Shown: positions 26,132 through 39,577, numbered from the stretch's first letter. The stretch: DNA of 64,000 nt from Octopus sinensis (GCF_006345805.1 NW_021833714.1:5381-69380); one strand, 5' to 3'. Numbers and translations are program-made. Notes: a model not told the origin generated them from the sequence alone.

Positions 26132-27469
26132 AAAACTTGAAGAATAAGTACTCTCTACTACTTTCATAAGAAACTACAGAGTAGAATATTTAGTTCCAAT
26201 GATACCATGCATTGCAATTAAAGATCACGAAGTTAATTGCCATAGTAATCCTGAATGCTAACTAATTAACCCCGTCAAAAATGGTTAAGTACCATAAACG
26301 AAATAAAAATACCGCAAGTGTTCATTATTTTATATTATTGAATTTTGTTTTACTATAACTAAACGTCTTCTGAAATCCCTAACTTTTGCCAAAAGCATCG
26401 AGCTAATTATTGATTCATATTTCAAGATTGAGCTAAAAACATGCAAAGAAATACCTCTCGTTTTTCCATATTTCAGTTAAAAAACAGATGGATTCTTTGA
26501 TGTTTCCATGGAATCATTGGATTATTTTCTAATCTATGAAATTGTTGAAATTTCTGTTTTGAAATTTTTTCATAAATGATTTCCTATTTCGTGAGAAGAT
26601 TTATGCCGTAACGATCGACTTATATAGTCTCACCGAATATGAACTTACATGAACAAGATATATTTAGAATATTCTTCATAAAATTATTTAGTGAAATAGA
26701 TCAAGAATTATAGTTGATATTAACTAAAGTGCAGCTGATTTTCTGGAGGAATTTACAAGAAATTCACTACAGATTAAAAATATATATGTGTGCCCGTTTC
26801 ATGTCCTCTTCGTATTTATTGATTTAAAATTTTAAATTCCTAACCCTGTCTCACACTGTGAGGAGACAGTAATTTCTATTTGTATTAATGACCACCCTGA
26901 GGACACTACATGTGACATTGAATTTAGATACGAATAAATCTTACCTTCCCCGAAAAGCTAATGAAAGATTATTTTTTATAAAAAAAAGAACACAGATCAC
27001 TCTCCCCCACTATTCTACGATATTTTATCCTATATATTCATAAACGTATATACTCATCGTCAGCTGTGTCCACGTACATTTATAGTTGTCCTTTTTTATA
27101 TTGATGTTTGCTATCACAGTGATTTCGCAGATAAAACACATTAACTCGCTCTAATGTAAAGTAAAGAATACCTACTTATAAATGTTAAAATTGAATGTGT
27201 AATGAAATATCTTATGGTATAATCTAGTCTTCATTCTAAACGTAAGCATACACATTGCCATAAATTTCATACGTTTAATCTCTTTTCTTTTCTCATCAAA
27301 TCAGATTTATCACGTGTTCTTAATGGAAATTCGATTATGTTAAGCTATTCATATTGCAAATATGTTGCCGGTTCATATAACCATTTTAATTTCCAAACTT
27401 AATTATATGGTATCTTCCCGTATTTGTAGATATATACATTATAGGCCCAAAACATTTGCTCATTCCCCG

Positions 27470-27516
<47 letters not shown>

Positions 27517-27904
27517 TGTTAATGTCTACCGAATACAAAAGTTAATCCAAAAATTATAATCGATTACCTGATTTTTGCTTTCGAGTTTGTTTATATCAAC
27601 ATACACATAAATTCGAAATCCCCGAAGAAAATAATTTCTACAAGTAATTTTAAAAGAAACAAGTTCGGTAATGTTTAATATTAAATGGCTATTCTTGTAT
27701 TCGTATATGTGGGCTGCAAATTTTGATTAAACCAGACGTTATTCGTACCATTTCTAGACATCATATGAATCGAAGAACAAGATATTAAACCATTGTAAAC
27801 GCACTCCAAAAAGAATGACTCGTTATTGTGAACCCGCAAACGGCAGACCCGCGGAGAAATATGTGTTACATGTGGTAGAATACTCAGAACATTATATAAT
27901 TCTT

Positions 27905-28287
27905 TAAATTTTGGTTCGAGGCTAGCAATTTTAGCGGAAGGAGCTAGTAGATTTCATGCTTTTCGTATGCAAGCCGGCGGGGCTCGCTCTGAGCACTCTA
28001 ATTTTTTCACAGTAAACGTACTGGCCGTCTCGGGCACTCGGTGAAGAGCACCCTCGGAGGAACCGTGCGGGCCGAAACGACTGGGAGGTGGACGCGCTAC
28101 CGCAACGCGAACGGCGACGCCCCACGGCGCCTGCCTCGTGGCTCCCGCACCGATCCAGTAATTGATTGGTAGTTTGTTTTGATCGCAAAAGAATGAAAGG
28201 TAAATTTGACAGCCGAACGCAAAAAGCCTGATGAAACGCTACTAAGCAACTTTTCCGACACGCTAACGATTGTGCCCTTTTGCCTCC

Positions 28288-28288
<1 letters not shown>
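27905..28288 (-). mobile_element. Old, heavily decayed SINE-A copy interrupted by an rRNA fragment
   Basis: 27905-27957 and 28151-28288 join into the SINE-A minus-strand pattern (..GTAGATTTCAT|CGATCCAGT..GAATGAAAGG..ACTAAGCA..GCTAACGATT..GCCTCCT). Confidence 0.6.
27955..28157 (-). rRNA. Orphan 18S rRNA fragment (V4 region, ~200 bp); not a functional gene
   Basis: Minus strand contains GGTGCTCTTCACCGAGTGCCCGAGACGGCCAGTACGTTTACTGTGAAAAAATTAGAGTGCTCAGAGC, matching the conserved 18S segment ACGTTTACTTTGAAAAAATTAGAGTGTTCAAAGC; begins at TGGATC; GC/CpG-rich; no flanking rDNA. Confidence 0.85.
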
Positions 28289-28346
<58 letters not shown>

Positions 28347-28347
28347 T

Positions 28348-28382
<35 letters not shown>

Positions 28383-28458
28383 GAAAATGATAATAATAAT
28401 AATAATAATTTTAATAATAGTAATAATGATAATAATAATAGTAATAATAATAATAATG

Positions 28459-28493
<35 letters not shown>

Positions 28494-28512
28494 GATAATG
28501 ATAATGAAAATG

Positions 28513-28586
<74 letters not shown>

Positions 28587-28614
28587 AATAATGATAACAA
28601 TAATAATAATAATA

Positions 28615-28648
<34 letters not shown>

Positions 28649-28670
28649 GATAATGATAATGATAATGATG

Positions 28671-28716
<46 letters not shown>

Positions 28717-28746
28717 TATAATAATAATAATAAAATAATAATAATA

Positions 28747-28790
<44 letters not shown>

Positions 28791-28802
28791 AATGATGATG
28801 AT
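28289..28802. repeat. (AAT)n/(GAT)n microsatellite upstream of the Dong-like LINE
   Basis: Direct reading of the sequence. Confidence 0.95.
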
Positions 28803-31800
28803 TTTCCATCGGTCGGGACGTCGGCGACCAAATAAGCAACCTCGCAGAGCTTGCTCTGTGAGGAGGGTGTAAGGTTTTTGCTATTTTGACACCCTACAGG
28901 AAGAAGAATAAGACCTGTATAAAGGCTAACGAACTCTTACGATGCAACGGCCACGAAATAGCATATACCTAAGAGGCAGAAACAATCGTAACGCTTAAAC
29001 ACCCCTTCTAGGAGACGGAAACTCCAAAATTAAACCAGGATTACAGGAATCCTGTATCCTAGGGTGGAGATCCTGTCAGTGATGGTGTCATGGGGTAAAA
29101 ATACTAGTGGTTGTGCAACCTAAAAGTCACTAACCCTCATCATGAGTGCTGAAATGTCAAGTAAAAATAGAAATGAGAACTGTGTGAATGAGGCAGGAAT
29201 ACCTTATGAAGGTAAATCGCCCGGTGGGTGCACCACGGGCGAGCAGTGTGGGCCCAGTCGTCATCAAGCAACTGGTAAAAGAAGGTGGACGAAAGAAATT
29301 AATGTGGTTGTAATGGAGTGCTACTTTCTGGGTAAACTGAGAAACGACAATAAAGTACCCACTAAGGGATATAGGAAAAGAATGCACAGGGCATGGAGCG
29401 ACAGAGGTCTATTTGAATTAAAGACCCCCTTCGGTCATGAATGACCATGGGATTGCACCTAGAAAGTTACCCTCCTAGACACAAGTCCGGGCAAGGTTGT
29501 TTTTTTTATGGAAGACCAGCAGTCGCCCATGCATACCAGCCTCTCCTCTCCACGCCACCAGTGTTATCCAAGGGAAAGACAAAGGTAGATACAGCTTGGC
29601 ACCAGTGACGTCGCAACTCATTTCTACAGCTGAGTGAACTATTTGAATTAAGTGAACAAAATTTGTGTGACAAAGCTAAAGCCATCAGAAAGAATGAATG
29701 GTTATCTCTAGTTGAACTAGAAAGCATTAAGAGGTGAGTGCTTAGGAATAGTAACACCAGCGGTGAACGGAAGGATGAGAAAAAGAATGCAGGTAGAGAA
29801 ATTATGACAGTAGAGTTACAGGAAGAAAATGAGCATAAGGCTGAGATTATCGATCAGGAAAGCGATGAGAGAACTGAGGAACAGATATGCATTTTAAATT
29901 AAATTATTGATATTTGGACATCTGGTGAACAGAGCTTTCATACGGGGTTTTAAAAAGTAGACAGAAAGAAATTCAATGAATGGATCAGGAAGATATATGA
30001 TATCATTGGTGATATGAAGACTGACAACATCACAGACACCAATAATCTGATAAATGCAATCTCGATCTTTATAGCCCGGAAGTTAGGTTTGAATGTCAAA
30101 GGTAAATGTCAACATAACCTGAAGGAACCATGGTGGAAAAGGAAAATAACGCAGTCTATTAATGAAATCAGAAATATTAATATTGATATTCTGGAACGGA
30201 AAAAAAGAAATGAAGTTCAGCGAGGGAAATATGTTGAGCTAGAGAGGAGGTATAGGGTGATTGAGGAATTAAAACAGAGGTTGAAAGCTAAAGCACATAA
30301 GCTAAAGAGATATGAACACAGAATTGAGCAATACAGATTAAACAGACTTTTCGAACAAAATCAGAAACGTGTCTATCAGGAACTAGATGGGATAGAAAAA
30401 GGTGAAAAAGCCGTGCAGGATGCTGAAGAAAGAAAAAAATTCTGGTCAAATATATGGTCTTAAGAGAAACGACACGAAAATGAAGCAGAGTGGTTAAAGA
30501 CACTCAAAGAGGAGAATGGAGAGTATCATCAGGAGGATTTACGAATAACCGAGGAGATGGTTAGAGATCAGTACAGGAAAATTCCTAACTGGACAAAAGG
30601 AAGAACGGTACTATTCCAGAAGGACCTAAGTAAACCGAATGCGGTTGGAAATTTTCTACTAATATCTTGCTTGCCACTGTGGAAACTGATGACAGGCATC
30701 ATATCAAACTGCATCTATAAGTACCTAGATGAGAACAACTTGCTACCAGTGGAACAAAAAAGACTTAGGCGTAAGAGAATGGGAATGAAGGATCAATTAC
30801 TAATCGTTATTGGAGCTTGTGCTCCAATCGAAGCTAAATGGTTGCTATAAGATTAGAGCAATTAACACGTGGGCGGTTGCTTTCACGAGTTATGGAGCAG
30901 GAATAGTATCTTGGAAGAAGCATGAATTACAAGAGATAGACCAGAGAACACGTAAATTAATGACAATGAACAAGGAACTACACCCTAAGAATGATGTGTT
31001 GTGAAGGTTGTGTAAATGAAGAAGAGAATAGCCTGGCTTGGTATGTGAAGGGGAGTAAAGAAGAAATGATTGAAGCAGTGAAAATGCAAGGAACCTTAAA
31101 AGTGAACGAAGCCGTGGATCCAACACAATTTAAGAACGAGCAGATGAGGAAAATTTGGCAGGACAAGAAAAATACAGTCAGTTCTTGAAGAATAAAGATG
31201 AGATTGATTGTAATAGAACCTAGCAATGGCTGCAGAAAAAAGATTCATGCAGCACTCAAGAACGAGCTCTCAGAACAAACTACTCCAAATATCACATTGA
31301 TAAAAGCAATGACTCGCTACACTCAGAAGGGAGAAAGTATAATCTATATTGTGAGTGATGTAGGCTCGCACAACGTGAATACAAAAGGAGACACGACAAT
31401 GTGGCCAGATATATCCACTGGCCGTTGTGCGGTAAAGTAAGTCTAGAGAGAGCCGAACAATGGTATGAACACAAACCATAGGGAGTAAACATCACAAAAT
31501 ACTCTGGAATTTTAACATGCAGTGCCTCCAAGTCATAATGGGCGAGACGACCAGATATCGTGCTCATCCATAAAGAGGAAAAAAGAGTAAATATAATAGA
31601 TGTTGCAATAACAGGTGATTGGGGGGTTAAATGTAAGGAAACAGAAAAAATTGAAAATTGAAAAATACCAGCCACTACAAGACGAGATAGGAAAATATTG
31701 GGGGATGAGGAACGTAATGGTTGTAATTGGAGCATTAGGAGCAGTTCTTGAGGGCTTTGAAAAACATATTAGGAATATTGGAGCTGCTGTCAGGCTCGAG

Positions 31801-31962
31801 GTGATCCAGAAGACAGCAATGTTGGGTACAGTTCGCATTCTAAGAAGAGTATTGTCTCTTTGAGTCACAGGAGAAGGCACTACTTGAAACCCTTGGTGAT
31901 TTGTTTTTGCTTGCTTTCAAGTAAAGAATAACCGGTAATTAAGAACTACCCGTAAGTGTTTT
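28803..31962 (+). mobile_element. R4/Dong-clade non-LTR retrotransposon (RLE type), internally deleted and decayed
   Basis: RRWTKEINVVVMECYF N-terminus; KEPWWKRKI; QKRVYQEL; KDQLLI; SKLNG..KIRAINTWAV; RRHDNVARYIHW; PDIVLIHKE; VIGALGAV..IQKTAMLGTVRILRRVL; RT core deleted; (TAA)-type repeats on both sides. Confidence 0.9.
29422..29640 (-). mobile_element. 5'-truncated SINE-D inserted antisense in the Dong ORF, 11-bp TSD
   Basis: ATTTGAATTAA at 29411-29421 and 29641-29651; removing the insert restores DRGLFELSEQNLCDKAKAIRKNEWL. Confidence 0.9.
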
Positions 31963-31985
31963 ATAATAATAATAATAATAATATA

Positions 31986-32051
<66 letters not shown>

Positions 32052-32086
32052 TAATAGTAGTAGTAGTAGTAATAATAATAATAATG

Positions 32087-32118
<32 letters not shown>

Positions 32119-32119
<1 letters not shown>

Positions 32120-32454
32120 GGGGGAGCATCATAGCCATGTGTTGAGAGGGATTCTTTGGGGTTTGAATAATTCACCTCTGGAAACATGGATGGTTCTTTC
32201 AACATCCTTAAACAACCCTTATTCAGGGACCTTTTGAGCGGGATGGGCTACTCAACCTGAAGAAAATTCTAACTGGGCCCCATCTGCAAGGTCATGCGCT
32301 GTTTATCTTGATATGAGATCACCATGTCGCGCACATATGGTTGTGATGCATGTGCCTGGTGTGCCCTTATCAAACGAGTAGTCATGATGGGTATATTGGG
32401 CTTCGTATATTTTACCCCAATGTCACTTTGATGGCATGAACTGCTCTCTCACTC
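32119..32454 (+). mobile_element. Non-coding (TAA)n-embedded retroposon ('passenger'), 5'-truncated copy
   Basis: (TAA)n on both sides; 3' end ...GATGGCATGAACTGCTCTCTCACTC|AATAAT; homologous to 49616-50140. Confidence 0.8.
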
Positions 32455-32526
<72 letters not shown>

Positions 32527-32769
32527 CTTTCACAAGGCCTGAAATTTGGTAGGAGAGTTATAGTCGATTACATCGACCTCAGTTCACAACTGGTACTATT
32601 TCATCGACCCCGAATTATGAAAAGCAAAGTAGACCTCAACGAATTTGAACTCAGATGGTAAAGACGGACGAAATGCAGCTAAGCATTTTGTCCGGCGCGC
32701 TAACCATTCTGCCAGCTTAGAATAATACAATAATAATAATAATAATAATAATATATAATAATAATAATA

Positions 32770-32905
32770 AGAAGAAGAAGACGAAGAAGAAGAAGAAGAA
32801 GAAGAAGATAAGAAGAAGAAGAAGAAGAAGAAGAAAGAATATGAAGAGAAGAAGAAGAAGAAGAAGAAGAAGAAGAAGAAGAAGAAGAAGAAGAAGAAGA
32901 AGAAG

Positions 32906-32935
<30 letters not shown>
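32770..32935. repeat. (AAG)n microsatellite
   Basis: Direct reading of the sequence. Confidence 0.95.
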
Positions 32936-32937
<2 letters not shown>

Positions 32938-33696
32938 TCGTTACTATAGTCACCATGCGGGACTAGTTGACTACATCAACCCCAAAATTTGACTTATTTT
33001 ATCGACCCCGAAAGCATGAAAGAAATTTGAAATCAGAGCCTGAAGACGGAAAAAATGTCGCTAAGCCTATTATCCGTCGTGTAACAATTCTTTCAGTTCG
33101 CCACATCACAAGATTCTCAGATAATATAGAATTTATCGTCTTCGAATTTTATCAAACCAAACTACACCAAGTTCTTTCACATTTTCTGTTACACTATTTT
33201 ATTCTCACCCAATAACCAATCTGTTAATACATTTTGCATGAATAAGCGGATGTGCTGCAGCTGAAAAAATTTACCATTGCACGTCCGCCTATTCTTAAAG
33301 ACATGCAGCTGCAGATTTTGCAGGGATATCTGTGGAGCTGACACATGTGTCAAAAACGGTGAAAATGTCTTCTTGGGCTGGCCGAAATGTATTAATGTAA
33401 GAAATGAAAATCTTACGTTGCATTCCTGTGAAAGTGTTGAACACTGGTACTCTTTAATACAGCATCTGTTTGGCTCTGATGAGGATTCACTGTACAAGGC
33501 AAAAATTTGTGCCACTTTGCTTATGTGAATTACTCTCATAAATAGACACATAGTAATATTTATAGTTACCTGGCCTCAGCGCATTTAAAACCCACAAAAT
33601 ACAGGAAACAATTGAGAACAAAGTCTTGCTCGGCGAAGCAGGGTGTGTTCTTAGATACAGTGAGTCGACTTAGGCAGTAATTAGGGGCTGATGCTG

Positions 33697-34031
33697 AGAT
33701 CCCCTTCTGTCATGGCTGAACATGTGATTGCACCTAGAAAGTTACCCTCCCAGGCACAAGTCCGGGCAAGGTTGTTTATGGAAGACCAGCCGTCGCCCAT
33801 GCATACAGGCCTCCCCTTTCCACGCCACCAGTGTTATCCAAGGGAAGAGCAAGGGCCGATACAGCTTGGCACCTGTGACGTTGCAACTCATTTCTACAGC
33901 TGAGTGAACTGGAGCAACGTGAAATAAAGTGTCTTGCTCAAGAACACAACACGCAGCCCGGTCCGGGATTCGAACTCACAACCTCACGATCGTAAGCTCT
34001 ATGCTCTAACCACTGATCCATGCGCCTTCAC
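33697..34031 (-). mobile_element. tRNA-derived SINE, family D, full length
   Basis: Minus-strand head GTGAAGGCGCATGGATCAGTGGTTAGAGC...GAGTTCGAATCCC; core CTTGAGCAAGACACTTTATTTCACGTTGCTCC; homologous to 29422-29640. Confidence 0.85.
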
Positions 34032-34105
34032 TAGAGGCTTATAACACGCTGCAATGGAGATTAATCTTAAAGAATGATTTCATTTTGATCTTCTACATTT
34101 TATGC

Positions 34106-34515
34106 TTTTCTTGTTCCAGTCATTTCACTGCGGCCTTGCTGGGGCACCGCCTTGAAGAATTTTTTGTAGAATGAATCGACCCCCACCTCAGTGTCCATTT
34201 TTTTAAAGCCTGGTACTTATTCTGTCGGACTCTTCTGTCGAACCATTACGTTAAAGGTAGGTAAACGCACTAATACCGGTTGATTGTCAAGCGGTGATGA
34301 AGGACAAACAGACACACACTCACACACACACATACACAACATATATCTATATACACACGACGGGTTTCTTTCAGTTTCCGTCTACCAAATCCACTCACAA
34401 GGATTTGGTCGGCCCGATTCTATAGTAAAAGACACTTGCCCAAGGTGCCATTCAATAAGACTGTACTCGGATTCACGTGGTTGGGAGGCAAACTTCCTAC
34501 CACAGAGCCACGCCC
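34106..34515 (-). mobile_element. tRNA-derived SINE, family B
   Basis: Reverse-complement match to 38580-38990 including the GGCGGTGC-CCAGCA tail. Confidence 0.8.
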
Positions 34516-36196
34516 AAAAGTTTAAAACGTCCCACGATGAAGAGAACGAGTTTTAATTTTTCATAGCATGGACGGTGACATAAGTGTGTGTTAGTAAAGC
34601 AGATACATGAACTAATATCAGTTTAGTAAAGCAGATGAAAAGAATACAGTGAACTGGGAAATCCAACGTTTTGGATGAAGTATTTTTTTCAGGGAAGTGT
34701 TGACAAGACTGAAACTAAATGTATTCAAGCAGAGTTTACCAACCTCTATGTTAGAAAAAAATTGGTTGAAATTAGTAAAGGAGGCAAGACCACATGATCT
34801 TCGTATGTGGATAGTAAGCAGTAGGAGGGAGAAAGAATCTTGGCGAGAGAGGTAGAAGGGTAAAGGAATCGAATGTGGAGAAGAAGCGGGTTAAAGGTTA
34901 GGTGAAGAGAGGGAAAAAACTGTGGTGAGAGGTGATTTGAAGGATAAGGAAGAGATTGCTGAATTACAAGGAGGTGTAAGTGTAGAAGGAAAAAATGCTT
35001 ATTGAAAACTAGTTAGTGAGGTACGAAATTCGGATATGGAACTTTGCTCTCTCCGTTTGCGAAAAACTGCCACTTACTTATAAGTGAGTAATGGAATTGC
35101 TTGTAGTGTTGATGTGAAGAGGAGAGGTTGGCTTGGCACGTGCGGTGGTGTGCTTCGAAAGCAATGCTAAGTTTGCTGCGGTTGCCGAGCATCAGTTCTG
35201 TGGGGCAATTACATGTAAAGAGAATAGAATAGTCGAGATAGTTATGCTTGTTGATTTGGCGGGAATGGTAAAAGGCGATTGAGTACGATTTAATTGTGAC
35301 GAAATTATCGACAGTGATGAAAAATGACGCGGACAGATGTGTTCGTATACGGTTCACACGCGCGCATGTCATCGTTTTCAATTGTTTCACCTTTACATGT
35401 GACTTTTACAATTAGTGCAGCAAGGATGCCATGGGCACTAATTGGGCACCAACGCAGGCAAATTTCTCAGAACAAGATATTAATGTATTGTTTTTCCTCA
35501 ATTAATTGAACCCATTCCAGAGTTATATGGCTGCTTCTTCACTACTGCATCGGCTCGACATCAACAACAACAGATAGCAGTACAATACTCTCACCACATT
35601 GTCTCTTACATTTGCTTGCTTCACATTGACCTAGCTGGTGACCTTTATAATAGACTAAAGGAAAAAATGAACAGGAAAATATTTATAAACAAATCTATTG
35701 TACTAATGATTTCCGTCGTAGTAAATAACTGTTAATGATTGTTATTGCAGTGTTCCAGTTTGTCATACGGACTGTTTGCGTTATTCCGTGGTATTTTCAA
35801 CGGACACACATAGTCACACACGGGCACACATATACTCACTCACACATACTCATAACACACAAAACACACACACAACACACATATATCTATATACACATAT
35901 AAATGTGTATGTGTGTATATATATATCTATATAGATATATCGGGTATACATATGTGTATATACATAAATATACATATACAAGTATATATAAACGCATGTG
36001 TAAAGATTGATATAAACACACAAACACACAAACGCACATACACACACACACACATAGATATACATGTACATATATATGACGTCATATGTGTGTGCTTCAC
36101 ACAAAATAATCTCAAAAAAATAAGAATGAATAAAGAAATATATATATATATACATACACATATATTTTTATATACACACACATATATATATATATG

Positions 36197-36278
<82 letters not shown>

Positions 36279-36917
36279 GTACTGACATCTACACATCTGC
36301 ATGAATACGTTTATATACGCATGTATGTATGTATGTACGCGAATGTACATATCTACATTATATATATATAATAGATACATCCACACATACATATATATAT
36401 ACATACACACATATACATACATATATACAGACATACACATACATGCATACATTCAAACATGCATACACTCACATACGTACATCTGCATGAATACGATTAC
36501 ATATGCATATACATATGTATGTATGCATGTATGCATGTATGATTGTATGTATGTATGTATGTATGTATGTATGTATGTACGTACGTATGTATGTATGTAT
36601 GTATGTATGTATGTATGTATCTATGTATGTATGTATGTATTTATGCATATATGTAAGTATGTATTTATGTATGTATGTATGTAGTTATGTATGTATGTAT
36701 GTATGTATGTATGTATGTATGTGCCTGTATGTGAGTGTGAACGCATCTATATATTTGTGTGAATTCGGAAACCTCACCATGTTTATAATACAACTTAATT
36801 TCGGCTATTTTCTCTACCATTGTAAGTGTTATTCTGTCATGCTATTCAATGGAACCACGTGTACTTCTATCACTTAACTTTATTTTTCTATACTGTATTC
36901 ATGTCCACTTCCTCCCC

Positions 36918-37008
<91 letters not shown>

Positions 37009-37094
37009 ATTGTTTATCTTTCTGTATGGCTATCTGTCCATCGGGCTATTCATCTGGCTCTATCCGGTCGTCTACATGCAACCATTGTCTGCCA

Positions 37095-37141
<47 letters not shown>

Positions 37142-37196
37142 CTTCTATATATATTGTATCGTCTATTTGGATGTTTTGCGTTCTTATCCCATTTTG

Positions 37197-37246
<50 letters not shown>

Positions 37247-37273
37247 GCACACACACATATATAGAAAGATAGT

Positions 37274-37343
<70 letters not shown>

Positions 37344-37554
37344 CTGTCTCTGTTTCTCTATCTACGTATCTGTCTGTCAACTTATTTCTTTATCCATTTA
37401 GCTATCAAATCATCTATTTATCCTTCTCTCTCTCGCTCTTTTTCTCTCTTTCCCACTCTCTCCCTTTCTCTCTCTTTCCCACTATCTCTCGCTCTTTCTC
37501 TCTCTCCCACCCTCTCTCTCACTCTTTCTCACTTTCTCTCACTCTCGCTCTCTC

Positions 37555-37601
<47 letters not shown>

Positions 37602-38034
37602 CACCGAACATATCTATCGATTTTTCCACGTACCCACATGCTTAAATATCTACGTATACTTTTCTCTTTTTACCTATCTATTTATTTATCTGTCTGTCTG
37701 TCTGTCTATCTCTCTGCCTATATATTGATTTATCTATCTGGCCGCCTATTTATTTGTTAATTCAATTATCAATTATCTTCTAGTCATCTACCTATCTACC
37801 TCTCTGTGTTTACTTATCAGCATATCTATCGATTATCTATCTGCTTGTCTATTTTTAGATCTATCTATTTATCTGTCTGTATGTATGTTCATCAGATTAC
37901 CTATCTATCCATCAATCTCTTTATCTATCTATCTACTTGTCTATCTATTTGTCTGTGTGCTTCTCCGCCTCTCTACCGCTATTTCTATTTCTCTCTCTCT
38001 CTCCTCTCTCTCTCTCCTCTCTCTCCTTCCCCCC

Positions 38035-38070
<36 letters not shown>

Positions 38071-38121
38071 TTATCTAATTGCCTGCCCACCTGCTAGCCG
38101 TTTCTGTCTCCCTATGTATCC

Positions 38122-38188
<67 letters not shown>

Positions 38189-38452
38189 AATGACTGTTAC
38201 ATGGATTTTACCTATTTCATCAGTTCATACGGTTAAGCATTATATCCAAAGCCAGACAACCAAGCATCATATTCTGTTATATAATTCTGATAGTATTTTC
38301 ATATGTCATCATTCTGTTGCATCACATGTTGGTATTGCTATGAATCACATTCAACTTCTGACTTCAGAGCAGTTGATAAACAAACAATTTGACATGCAGT
38401 TACAATGGCAGATAGCAATGAGAATCTATCGTGCATATTCTATGATCATAAA

Positions 38453-38499
<47 letters not shown>

Positions 38500-38579
38500 T
38501 ACACAAGTAGGTGTGTATAAATATGCATATGTGTATATGTATTCCTGCTGACATCAATTTTAAAATTTATCCACAGATA

Positions 38580-38990
38580 GGCGCAGAAGTGGCTGTGTGG
38601 TAAGTAGCTTGTTTACCAACCACGTGGTTCCGGGTTCAGTCCCACTGCGTGGCATTTTGGGCAAGTGTCATCTGCTATAGCCCCGGGCCGACCAATGCCT
38701 TGTGAGTGGATTTGGTAGGCGGAAACTGAAAGAAGCCTGTCGTATATATGTATATATATATATGTGTGTGTGTGTGTGTTTGTGTGTCTGTGTTTGTTCC
38801 CCCAGCATCGCTTGACAACCGATGCTGGTGTGTTTACGTCCCCGTCACCTAGCGGTTCGGCAAAAGAGATCGATAGAATAAGTACTGGGCTTACAAAGAA
38901 TAAGTCCCGGAGTCGATTTGCTCGACTAAAGGCGGTGCTCCAGCATGGCCGCAGTCAAATGACTGAAACAAGTAAAAGAGTAAAAAAGAT
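38580..38990 (+). mobile_element. tRNA-derived SINE, family B, full length
   Basis: Head GGCGCAGAAGTGGCTGTGTGGTAAG..GGTTCAGTCCC; internal (TA)/(TG) tract; tail GGCGGTGCTCCAGCATGGCCGCAGTCAAATGACTGAAAC. Confidence 0.9.
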
Positions 38991-39151
38991 AGAGATAATA
39001 TGCGCAGTAGTGACATCTGATTTTAAATCTCAGTGTTTGAATGTTTTGCTTATAAAATTTTATGCACCATGAATCTCTGTTTTTGGCGCCAAACAAAACC
39101 ACTCGCACAGTCAGAGTTTAACGTGACAGTTATGGATTATTACCCGGTAGG

Positions 39152-39206
39152 CCACACTGACGAGGCTCAGGGTTTAAATACCCAAAAGCCGAAACTTGGT
39201 TTGTGG
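39152..39206 (+). ncRNA. Type I minimal hammerhead ribozyme motif (distinct family)
   Basis: ccaca / CTGACGA (39157-39163) / ggct-ca-gggt-ttaaat-accc-aaa-agcc / GAAA (39191-39194) / c-ttg-g / TT (GUU site) / tgtgg; stems I and II pair perfectly. Confidence 0.8.
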
Positions 39207-39534
39207 ATATCCCTAACGGCATAATATTTATATTTGTGCTGTTAAATGTTTTAATCCTTTCTGTTTTCCTCGCAACTGTTTTTTCTCTGTTATCTTGGTG
39301 TGGTACGGTGGATAAATTTAAGACTTTAGCTCTTATTTCTAGCAGGTGGATGCTTGTTAAGCATCCTTACGCTTCGTGCAAATTTATAATTCATAGCTAT
39401 TTAATGCTATTGAGCCTACGATCCACCTATGTCAGTGCTGGTTATATTATCAAATTTTAAAATTTATATATGTGTGTGTGTGTATATATATATGTGTGTA
39501 TATAATATATATATGTAATATGTAATATATATAT

Positions 39535-39577
<43 letters not shown>

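Noticed and set aside
27057-27063. CTGACGA (minus strand) as a hammerhead
   Set aside because: No GAAA closing a stem II and no stem I partner
27955-31962. rDNA-targeted R4 insertion (LINE next to the 18S fragment)
   Set aside because: The LINE is separated from the 18S piece by SINE remnant and ~500 bp of microsatellite and is flanked by TAA repeats, not rDNA
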